Of a stretch of DNA of 64,000 nt, positions 50,391 through 60,900 are shown one piece after another. Location of the stretch: contig OZ076409.1 of assembly GCA_964187785.1 (NCBI GenBank), positions 29,452,001 to 29,516,000 on the forward strand, written 5' to 3'. The stretch comes from Amphiscolops sp. MND2022 (Eukaryota). How positions within the stretch are numbered: position 1 is the first letter of the stretch; the number at the start of each line of letters is the position of its first letter. The notes under the pieces are model-generated. The model made no database searches, had not been told where the DNA came from, and saw only the letters and a program-made list of their open reading frames with translations. The position numbers were made by a program, and so were the translations under genes.

Positions 50391-53300
50391 CTACTGGGCA
50401 GAGCTGTGTCGAGCTCGATTCTTGGAGGCATCCTCCGAAACCCCGGTTTCCTCCGACGCTATTGACGCTCTTCGCTGTGGAGATGTCACGGTAATCACTG
50501 TCTCTGAATCAGAAACGTCTTCAGGGAGTGATAATTCAGCGGTCGACTGTACCAGTACGGCGTCGGGGGTTAGCTCAGCCGCATGCTCACCGGACTGTGG
50601 TTGCGACGACTGGGGACTGGTTTGTGTCGATGGTGGACTCACAGGCTCTGGCTGTAGAACATGGGTAGGCAAATCCAGAGTCATGGGCCGGTCGATGGGA
50701 TGACTCAATGACATGGCCATTGTGGGTGCCAGCATGGCAGGCGCGAACGCCTGTTGTCTCTCGAGTTCAGCTCTACTCTCCACGGCCAAGGATATTCGTT
50801 TGGAGACCCAGCCAGGCTGACTCCAGAGCTCGCAAGCTCGCTTCCATTTTGGGAAGCTGGCAATCTCCAGCTCCAAGCAATATCCTTCCTACTCTGCGCG
50901 GGCTTCGGGGCCTAGCACGGAATTGATCTCATCGTGCTGGACGATGGACATATCTCCTGACATCGTCATCTTGGCCTGCGGTCTCCAGGCAGCTCTTCTA
51001 GGGAACGGAGTCACGCGTCTTTGCAGGTTCCTCTGACGAGTCTGAGCTGCTCCTTCAATCCAATTCGGAATCTGAGCCAATTCCATATACTGGATTTGTC
51101 GATTGAAGGCTTCAGGGGCGCGACCAACGGGCTTTGCTCTGGGCCATCCCAGTGGCTCCTTCCAGTAGTGATTTGGGAAGGTGATGCACTTGAAGGCGTA
51201 CAGGGGATCTATTGGTGGACCAGCACTAGTGCTGGCACGGATCACTTTGCGTATAAACTCCTGCGACCAAGGGAATCTAAAGGGGACTCCATTCAGGCTG
51301 AGAGGCGCGGAGTACCAGTTGACTGGGCCGTATTCTCGTGGCAAAGGGCACGCCTTTCGTGTGCGAGCACGCAACAGACCCATCAAGTTCTCTTCCAGTT
51401 GTTTCTCCGACTTCAAGGTGGTATAACCATGCGGCATCTCGCCACTCAATACGGCCTGTACGATGCGCTGATAGGTCAGTGGGTGGCGTCCTTGGAGATA
51501 GGTGCAGAAGGAGACCATGTGCAGCTGCACTGCTCTCGCCAGTGGTTTGGTGGGATACCGGCACACACCGACCGCACCGAAGATTGGGGCCAGGACGGAA
51601 GCCATAACGGCCACGAAGTCCTCCACTTCGGCCAGAGTCAAATCGGCGATTTGCTGGGGCATAGGAAATCCCGCCGTTTCCGCAGGGAGTTGACGCTCGG
51701 AATTGTGGAGGGGTTGCGACTGATCCACGCCTACGAACAAGCCAGAGGCGAACACTAGGGTGGAATACAACCAATGTTGGAGGGACGCACGCATGCGTTC
51801 CAGCTGGGTGACATAATCTTGTTGGTCCTTGGAATTTAGGAGGTGACCCCATCGAGTTAGGCTGCGTAGCTGTCCCTGCGCGAGGATCAGGTAGCTGTAA
51901 AAGGTGACTAGATCACTGGATACTACCAGCTCGACTAACATAGCCAGGGGACCTGCCACAAACTTTGTCGGGCCCATGGTTAGCGCGAGCGCTAACATCT
52001 CTCCTACAGTAGTTTCGCCGATGGTTTCCAACAATTTGTCAGTCTGCACATTGGTGAGCAAGAACTCAGAGGCTATTACATCGATGTTCCAGCCTAGTCC
52101 GAGACTGGTGCAAAAGGCTTCCAAGGGACAGTTAAGCTCTTGAGCTACCTCGGCCAAGGTTCTGTCCACGAATCTGGACTGATACCATTCGGCATACGTT
52201 AATCCGGCGGCATCTACTTCAGTCTTCAAGTTGGTCGCCTCCACAGCCACGACGTGCCTCATGCCCACGGGCAACTTGACAGGCTCTATTCCCGCGGCAA
52301 ACCGAATTTGGGGAATGGTCCTTTCGACCGTGCGTGTGGCAGGCCATGTTTCAATTTCCTTCACGAGCTCTGCCAGCTCTGTTCGTACGGGAATCTCTTT
52401 GTCTTTCCGCACCAGCCAGTTATAACGTCGAACGGCCTCTCGCTCACTCATGTTAGATGCTCGCATGACGCGATTCCCGTCCAAGTCGAAGGCCATTCGC
52501 CCCATACACATTCCATGGTCGAACAGTATGGCATCGTCGATAGTCAGTTGTGCATTTCCCGATCGCTCCACAGTGATTAGCACTCTTGATACAGCAGCAA
52601 AGAAGGCAGGGTATGACAATGCATCGGGGCGTAGGTCTCCGCGATCAACCCGAAGATTTGGCGCACATATAGCAAACTCGATTCGGCGCGCCTTGCATAC
52701 CTCAGACAAGATGTACACAAACTGCTGCAAGCTTCGTTGCCAATACATGAATCCCGGCGGGGATGTGAAGAGCGCGAGCGCTCCCAGACGACCTCGAAGG
52801 ATCCCTGCTGCACGCTCCATTGCATCTGCAACCACGTTTACTAAGGGCGCCACATTCCCAGATCTACGGGTATCTGCCATGAGGGCATCCAGGTTGTGTA
52901 GCAGTCCTTCACAAGCCATGTGGTCGATCAAGTTGGTGAAGACTACACGTCGCGGGGGTGGCTCTCTTAGGGACCCTCTCATGTTTGGGTCGTACATAAC
53001 CGCGACCATCTCTGCGACTTCGGCGAAGCGGGAGAGTGGCATTGTTAACACCAGCACATCGGGCAGAAGGTTATCGATAGGCAGATCACTCTTGCATGTC
53101 GAATCTACCGCTACACAATAGCGCGCACGCTGCAGAGCTGCTTTCAAGAGGGGCTTCATTGACCTGATATTGCGAGCGTAGCGGGCGTTTGCTTCCCAGG
53201 TTTCTCCTTCGCGCAATATGTACCTGGCGGGAAATTGCTCGGTGAGGTCGTGCTGCAGGCGAGCCATGTAGTTGTTGGGTGTGGCGGGCAGTTGCTCTCG

Positions 53301-54662
53301 AGCACGCTGTTCCCAGGCTTGCTCACTTAGGTCCGCATCACTGGCACGTAGCGATCGAGTTATTTGAGCCGCAATGGTGATTCTGCTCACCTCTCTTTGC
53401 TCGGCGTCCGACGGCGGTGCTCTCCTTCTAATCGCACATGTGTTCGGGTGCAAACACTCTGCTGCCATCCAAATGCGTTTACTATCGCTAGTTACCACGG
53501 AGCCGGATACATCATCTGACGGGGGAAGAAAGGCGGGAGGACTGGTCTCTTCGACTGTCTCGGGCACCTCCAGGGACATGTTGGCAGAGCCTGTGCCCAA
53601 GGGCACAGGATTCGTTTCAGTATTCGCATCCACACTGCCGTAGCGGTTAATGGCCTCTTCCATGGACATTTGAGGCGCGCCTACGCCCAGGTGGCCGACG
53701 CGATATGGAGGCCTCACGACCACTACACTCTTCATTTGCGATTGCTGGGGTACATCTGCTCGCTTGTCCGGAGGGGGACGACTGGTCGGACTTTCGGTCA
53801 CGGAATTATTGCGTGTAGCGACGATATTTTCCTCAGTAAGTCGCTTCCGTCCAGTTTCCTCACGGGGATATGTTATAGCGCTGGTGCTTGGTCCAGCCGT
53901 GGTTTCTGCTTCCATAGACACAGCTTCGGCTAGGGTGGTGGGTGGGGTGACACAGCCCGAGGGCTGAGCTGCGGCTTGCAAATAGTGTGCCAATCCGGGA
54001 ATCCTTTGCTCAACTGCACGAACGAAGTCAGAGGAGTTGGGGTAGTTGGCGACCGCCTGCAGGGCCACAATCACCGCTTGCTCGCTGGCACTCCGTCCGG
54101 TAAGATTTAGATTAGGCACTGATGGCAGTTGGGACCCCGAGGGCTCCCGACTTGAGGCTGATTGATTGGTAGTGTTTTGCGTCATCGTTGCCTGGGTTCC
54201 ATATGGTGCCCCATAAGCAAGTGAGCTAGAATACGGCGTCATCTGCACTGGATTCGGTGCCGAGATAGAAGGCAGCGATGGGACGTTGACGGGCATCATA
54301 CGCAGTGATGCTTCTTGTTCGAATCTGGTGCCCTGGCTGGGGCCATGCACTGTGATTGATCTTTCGTCCAAGAACTGGTGAGTCAGGTCGTACCCATCCC
54401 AGGCATTGTTTGTGCACGTCAAGGTGCGACGATAGCCTGCCACCTCCGTAGTGATCGACAAGGATGCATTTGGCAGCATTTGCATCGATTCAAGCTGGGT
54501 CAGTAAGGCAGCCACCCCAGCTACGGCTACTGGCGAAAGACCATCCCGCAGCCTCTCTTCGACATATTGGGCCTGATTGACCCTCTGCGCTCGCGCAGAT
54601 TCCTGGGGCCTTGCACTACTAGACCCTGTTGCAGGCGCTGAACTGTTTGGGCAATGGGCCAT
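50391..54662 (-). CDS. ORF3 of element 2, ~1,420 codons with one in-frame TAG at 50889-50891; degenerate SGNH/GDSL-like domain
   Basis: 1257-aa ORF plus same-frame continuation 50391-50876; homologous over most of its length to element 1 ORF3. Confidence 0.88.
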
Positions 54663-54674
54663 TAATGCATAGGT

Positions 54675-54690
54675 CTAAAAAGGACCACTG
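54675..54690 (-). promoter_or_regulatory. Candidate splice acceptor just upstream of element 2 ORF3
   Basis: Minus strand GGTCCTTTTTAG|ACCTATGCATTAATGGCC, about 12 nt before the ORF3 ATG. Confidence 0.45.
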
Positions 54691-54957
54691 TTAGGCTTAC
54701 AGGGGCAAGTTCTTTCTGGAGCGAGCCGTGGGCCGGTTCGCCCCTCAATTGCAGCAATGCAACATCGGCTCCGTAAGGGGGCCACTACAAACTTAAAATT
54801 TAACTCTAACTAACTAACGAACTAGAACAAAACCTTTGAGTAAACAGCATGACAAATTAACATTTCGAGAGCATTTCAAGACTCTTCCATGGTTGTTACA
54901 AGAATTGTTACAAAGACTGAGGGCAGAGGGAAAATGGGGACAACTAAAATGATAAGG

Positions 54958-56640
54958 CTACTCCAGCCCTATAGTTAATATTGATACATATACGCGGCTA
55001 TGCAAAACCACGCGAATACCAGTACCCTCGAACATGTTCGTTAGAGTATGGTACAGATTGACCAACGAGAAAGCCGGTCTCTCGGGGTCCAGAATGGGTA
55101 AGTGGACCCGTGTGGATCCTTTGTCTATCAGGCGCTGTATCAAGTACGTCATGCAGCGCAAGTAGTCATCGGTCAGCAGCGGTGCGCGCTGGTTAGCACG
55201 GACTATTAACAGGTGAATACTTTGATTAGGGTTGGGGTTCACATCAGGCGGGATAGTGAGAATCTCGCCCACTTTAGGTCGTAAGGCAAATACATCTTCT
55301 ATGCCGCACTCCCGCAGCACATATCGCAAGGCGGCAGAGTTGGTCTTTAGGTCAGCAGGGCATGCTAACACTATGTCGCCCTCGGCCTGCAAAAAATCAG
55401 ATTCATCGTAAGAAACATGTTCGGCGGAATTCGGATACAGGGCTCCCGGGTAAACAATCTCTCGTCCGGGACCATTGTCGTAGGGCAGACACACGCGAGG
55501 CGTACGCCCTTGGACTGCAGCCAGGTCTTGCCACACTGAGCGGGGCATCGCTCGATTGTCGCTGCCGGCCTTTACCCACGCATCTAAAGTTCCCAGGGCG
55601 GCTTTGGGGAACAAGGGGATCTCGAAAGTGTGAGTCCACTCATCTAACAGTCGAATTCTGGGATAGGTGGCGAAACACGTGATAAATAATTCCAGCCACC
55701 ATGCAAACTTCACCTTGCCTCGGTACCAGTCTATGATGTGGAAGCAAAGTATTAAGTCCACAGTGGTGAGGGTCCTCAGACTCTCTAGACAGGATAACAG
55801 ATTCAACGGTTCCACCATCGCCTCCACTCGTGGAGCTGTTACCAGCAGCCACCAGTGAGGAGCCGGGCTGTATACCCCTCCTGGTTCCACCTGGACTCCA
55901 TACTTATCGCATAACAAGTCGGCAGTGATGCATCGGGCCATCTGCACCGGTTCCCTTTCAAAATTGAATGGTCCAAACGCAATATTGCTGGGCACAGGGG
56001 GCAACACCGTGGGCAGGGTAAACTCCAGGCCCTTTCCATCGCTAGTCCACTCCTTAAACCTAGGACAAGGGGCCTTCGCTACCCCGGGCAGTGACAACTT
56101 CTCCAGGATAGTGTCTACAGGGTGGTCTCCGGACCGCTCTACAGCTGAGTAGGTTTTCTCGGCCCGCACCGTGAGGCGGTACACCAAGTTTTCTCTCTCT
56201 TCCGGAGGAACTCCCCGGACTCCAATGGGAACCCTCCGGTTCTCATTCACAGCTAATAGGCAGACACAATCTCGCAGCCCGCAGGTTCCACACTTGTAGC
56301 GCGGCTGCCGTTTACTCCTTAGTTGATACATAAGAGCAGTTGCAGATGCCTCTGTTAGCGTCTCTGCAGTTCTGGGAGCTTCCGTTTCGGCCTGGATTGC
56401 AGTTTCGGTTTCGACATTTCTCGGTGTTTCTTTCTTCCTCGTCCTTGCTTTCGCTCGGATCAGCCGTTTCTTCTGTGCCTTGGGTGGTCTCCCCCTCCCC
56501 CTTTTGAAAGAAGGAGCGGTCCCCGCTCCTGGCGAAGTCTCGGGAACTTCAGGCAGATCGGGCTGAACGTTGCTGTCGCTGCTGGCAGATTTGAGAGGAA
56601 TCGGAGGGGCGGTCGGCCATATGGGATAGTTACTAAGGAA
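54958..56640 (-). CDS. Pol C-terminal extension of element 2: AT-hook, CxxC-x4-CxC, two TARG1-like macro domains
   Basis: The frame of ORF 54958-56331 is open upstream through KRGRGRPPK to a small deletion near 56640 (LLTNP..FLSNYPIW vs LLSNPALTDTLSNFPLF in element 1); C-terminal 150 aa follow the OARD1/TARG1 pattern. Confidence 0.8.
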   Translation of the reverse strand, partial: FLSNYPIWPTAPPIPLKSASSDSNVQPDLPEVPETSPGAGTAPSFKRGRGRPPKAQKKRLIRAKARTRKKETPRNVETETAIQAETEAPRTAETLTEASATALMYQLRSKRQPRYKCGTCGLRDCVCLLAVNENRRVPIGVRGVPPEERENLVYRLTVRAEKTYSAVERSGDHPVDTILEKLSLPGVAKAPCPRFKEWTSDGKGLEFTLPTVLPPVPSNIAFGPFNFEREPVQMARCITADLLCDKYGVQVEPGGVYSPAPHWWLLVTAPRVEAMVEPLNLLSCLESLRTLTTVDLILCFHIIDWYRGKVKFAWWLELFITCFATYPRIRLLDEWTHTFEIPLFPKAALGTLDAWVKAGSDNRAMPRSVWQDLAAVQGRTPRVCLPYDNGPGREIVYPGALYPNSAEHVSYDESDFLQAEGDIVLACPADLKTNSAALRYVLRECGIEDVFALRPKVGEILTIPPDVNPNPNQSIHLLIVRANQRAPLLTDDYLRCMTYLIQRLIDKGSTRVHLPILDPERPAFSLVNLYHTLTNMFEGTGIRVVLHSRVYVSILTIGLE

Positions 56641-57905
56641 ATTGGGTTCGTCAACAAGGATGCTGAGGTTCCTGGTAACGATGTTTCTTTTTCGGAGGAG
56701 GATATCTGTGGAGACGGTGAGCGCACGCGCTCATGGTCAGAGAACAGTTGAGGTAGTACACGGGCGGGGGATATCGACTGATCCAACGCAGCCGGAGGAG
56801 CCGCAGGCTCCACTAGATCCTCGTCAACTGGATTAGGAGGTATCGGCAACATGGCATCGGATAGTTCGTCATCTGTACCCGAAGTGGAATAGTCAAATTG
56901 CTGATAATGCGGGCGGGAGCCGCCTGCGCGAAGTTCCGTGCGTAGTCGAGTGTCCATCCAGTGACGTCGACGTGAGGGCAAAGATGCATCGGACGCTTCT
57001 GAAAGTAGTTGTTCAGGTTTATACGACGATAAAGACTTATCGTCATCAACTACGTCGACGGAACGTTCAGGTTCGGGGTCCATAAGTACCACCACCTCAC
57101 CACTGTCCGTGTGTGCAGTAGCAAGTTCAAGTGGGCCACTGTGGTGCGGTTTAAGACGCTCAAAATGAACCTTTTGACCTGTGTCTAGTACATAGACACG
57201 ACCGTCCTGAAAGACTTGTACAACCTTGTGCGGGCCTCGCCAAGCACGCATCAATTTCGGGGAACCCTTTTGCGGTACGTAGCGGCAAAAAACCCAGACG
57301 AGCTCGCCTACTTGGTAAGCTCGCGCTTGTATAGCACGGTCGTACTTTAACTTTTGACGCAATTGGGCTTGGTGCGTGTTACGCCGTACCAAGTCATGTA
57401 TTTCCTGCTGGCGAGCCAATACATGATCGACATACGCCTCATGCGACTCGAATGATTTGGCTGCAAATTCGGGATACAAAAATGTGAGAGGGATGGCCTT
57501 CTCTACACCACGGGTCAGCATGTAGGGTGAGAAGCCAGTGGTGGCGTGCCTCGTAGAGTTGTAGGCGCCCATGACCTCATCAAGACATTGGTCCCAGTCG
57601 CGCATACGGCGGGAGCAAAAAACTCGCAGTAGGGTTAATAATGTCCGGTTTTGACGCTCCACCAAGCCTTGGGTTCTCGGATGGCTAGCCGTAGAGGTTA
57701 CTTTGGTAACGTGGGCTGCTTTTAGGAATTCGTTGGATACCTCAGCAGTCAAATTTGGAGCATTGTCAGACTGCATTCGAGTGGGTGTGCCATGACGGGC
57801 GAACCACTTTTGCAGCAGCAACCGAGAGGTGGTCACAGCGTCGTAGTCGTGATGACTACAGGGAACTGCTTCCGCGAACTTGGAGAAATGGTCAATTATG
57901 ACCAA
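56460..57905 (-). CDS. pol: Integrase core and C-terminal region of element 2 (frameshifted from upstream pol near 57915)
   Basis: VIIDHFSKF, MQSDNA, HPRTQGLVERQN, WRGPHKV...VHFERLK. Confidence 0.93.
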   Translation of the reverse strand: MVIIDHFSKFAEAVPCSHHDYDAVTTSRLLLQKWFARHGTPTRMQSDNAPNLTAEVSNEFLKAAHVTKVTSTASHPRTQGLVERQNRTLLTLLRVFCSRRMRDWDQCLDEVMGAYNSTRHATTGFSPYMLTRGVEKAIPLTFLYPEFAAKSFESHEAYVDHVLARQQEIHDLVRRNTHQAQLRQKLKYDRAIQARAYQVGELVWVFCRYVPQKGSPKLMRAWRGPHKVVQVFQDGRVYVLDTGQKVHFERLKPHHSGPLELATAHTDSGEVVVLMDPEPERSVDVVDDDKSLSSYKPEQLLSEASDASLPSRRRHWMDTRLRTELRAGGSRPHYQQFDYSTSGTDDELSDAMLPIPPNPVDEDLVEPAAPPAALDQSISPARVLPQLFSDHERVRSPSPQISSSEKETSLPGTSASLLTNPISLVTIPYGRPPLRFLSNLPAATATFSPICLKFPRLRQERGPLLLSKGGGGDHPRHRRNG

Positions 57906-60900
57906 GATGCCAGTGTTATTACTGAAGGGCAGATCTTCAGGTGATCATATTGGACCAATTCGTTGAAGTACCCGCTCTGGATGTTCTTTAGGTGGAATCG
58001 GACGTCACCAGGCTTATCTCGAACCTGTTGACAGGTGAGGCATTGGCCAACGTAACGGCCCACGCTGCGTCGAATACCAGGCCATGTGTGACGTTCTTGA
58101 ATCCGAGCCACCACTTTGGAGATACCTTGATGTCCCATGGCGTCATGCGCGCGGAATAAAATCTCATGCTGGTACAGTTGAGGCATGACGATCATGCACG
58201 GGCGTTCGTGCAGGGGACGTTGATTGGGAGGGTATTGTACGCAAAGCACACCATTCTTGTTAATGAACAGGAGAGTTTTCTTCTGACGGTAGTAGTTGCG
58301 TGCGAACTCACGCACGTTCTCAGGAAACACGTCATGATCGATGGGTTCGTTTAGCACCAACTTTTTGAGTGCTAGCACATGAACATCACGGTTTTGGGCT
58401 AGGATCAAGTCTTTGATACCATGCACGGTGTGAGCATGTTCGTGAAGTTCAGTGTTGATGTCTTTAAGAGCCATAATTGAGTCGCGTACACCCGAGGGAG
58501 TACCTTGCAACGCAACAGGATTCGCCCCAGCAATAGCATAGACGGTACGTGAAGATACATTTACGGCATGCGTCGGTAATAGATAATCTTCGCGTGCTTC
58601 ATCAGTGACATCAATCCAGTCCTCAGGGTAGTCTGGATAGGCATCCTCGTGCGGTTGCAGAGCAAGGGAAGGCGGAGGCGGCAAGGGTGCTGCGAATGCT
58701 TTCGCTTGTCTGTCTCTCCTGCTCGCTCGTTTTGTGCGGCGAAGCACGCGTAGCAATTGGTTGGGAGCCTTAGGCTCCAAGTTCTGCAGGTGCGCAGGTA
58801 GTTCGGGATGATTCGGGATGACTCGACCCTGAAGGTCGAACCATGGGGCAACAGGCAGTTTATCAAATTCGTCAGCTGAAAGGAAATTCCAGCGTTCGCT
58901 CGCAGCTGGCTGCTGTGCAAGCTGTTTCTCTCGGCATCGGTACTCGTTGGTTCGTTTGCTCAAGCCATCGGCGTTTCGATGTTGAGTTCTTGGGCGGTGT
59001 TCCACGCGAAAGTGATACTTCTCCAGGGTCATAATCCATCGGCCGATTAGCGCTTGATCCGTGGAGTAGGTTTTCAACCAGGACAAGGCTTGGTTGTCCA
59101 CCCGCAGGGTGAATTTCCGGGGACATAAATAGCTGTGGTTTTTCACTATGAAATAGTAGGCGGCGAACATTTCAAGTTTGGGAGCTCCGTATTTAGCTTG
59201 TGTGGTAGTGAGCTTCTTGCTGCCGTAAACTATCGGCCTCAGGCGTCGTTCACCCGGAGGACCTTGCCACTGGTGCAGGATACCAGAAATGGCGACAGCA
59301 CTAGCGTCAGTGTCCAACACAAACTCTCCTTCGGAATCAGGCTGCGCGAGCGCAGTTGCCTCGATCAGGGCTTTTTTGATTTCATTGAATGCGGTTTGTT
59401 GCTCAGGACCACATGCGAAGGTGGCATTCAGTCCAGTGACGGCGTGCAGGGGTGCAACCAGCTTAGCGTGCCAAGGGATGAATTCGCGATAGTAATTGGC
59501 GAATCCAAGGAAGCTCTGCATCTCCGTCTTGTTACGGGGAATTTCCCAATCGCGCAACTTGACGACGGCTTTCGGGTCGGGCTTCACTCCTTCTGCGGAA
59601 ACCACTCGTCCCAAGTACTTGATCTCCGATTTCATGAAATCGCATTTGGCCACGCGCATTTTGAAACCGGCTTTACGGAGGCATTCAAAGACCTCACGTA
59701 GGCGTACCATATGGTCTTCCACAGTCTCTGTGGCAATCACGATATCATCAATGTAGGCCATGACCATGCTGCCCTCACGATTGACAATATTCCTTAGCGC
59801 ACGCGCTATTGATCGCTGAAACGTGGCAGATGCATTGCACATACCAAATGGCATTCGCCGCCACTCAAAAGGTCCTAGTTCACAAGCAAAAGCGGTTTTG
59901 TGGCGATCCGCCTTTCGCACAGGAATTTGCCAAAAGTCCCAAGCAAGGTCTATGCTGGTATAAATCTTCGCCTTGCCTAGCCGTGCCAGGCTTTCATCAA
60001 TACGGGGCAAGGGATAGGCATCCTTAATGGTTACCTCATTTAACGGGCGGAAGTCGCAGCAAAAGCGCAACTCCCCGTTTTTCTTTTTCACCATTACAAT
60101 GCCGCTCGCCCAAGGGGACAGCGAGGGCTGTATCATTCCCAGAGCTAAGAGGTTCCGCACCTCCTGATTGGCACGTTCGGCCTTCTCAGGGGACATCCGG
60201 CGAGCACCTTCGCGATGTGGTACAGCCCCTGGTTCCACCTCTACGGTGTGGTTAGCGATAGTGCACCGACCGATGTCAGCCTTGTGTTTCATGAATAGCT
60301 CATCGAATTCATCGAGGAGGTTACTGAGAGACTCGCAGGCGCTAGCGCCCCATAAATCCTTAACCGCCTGTAACTGAGATTCTGGCCCAGGAATCGGAGC
60401 CATTAGCTCTGGGTCCGTACGCTTGCGAATTTCGCGCTCCGATAGTCCTGCCTCGCTAGGGTCAGTTGAGGACAAAAACTCAAATTCTGAAGAAGAGGTT
60501 AACTCAGAAGCAGTGGACAGATTCACTTCACTATAAATTTTATGAACAAAATTTGCACGACTGTCGTCGGCGTCAGTTTTTGTGCGGGTTGTTGTGGGAG
60601 AGTCCAGACACTGAGGTACTGCTTGGTATACTACCGTTATGGGTACTACGGTGCCCAGTTGTACACCACACCGCATGCGTTGAGGGTTGCTGGTGAGATT
60701 TATCAGGCTCACAAAGAGTGTCCCTGTCTCACTGACAGTGGCCACGCTGTCCTCTAAAAAGACGACATTATGCAACGTAGTGTCAGACAAAGAGGCATTG
60801 AGCGCTACGCTTTGAAACATCAGCGGCTCTAGTGCATTGGTGACGAGCTTTGCTCTAGCCACCGCACGTTCGAAAGGTTGCAGAACCAAGTCACTATCCA

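Noticed and set aside
50889..50891. Stop-codon readthrough in element 2 ORF3
   Set aside because: A single in-frame TAG with no counterpart in element 1; a simple nonsense mutation is sufficient.
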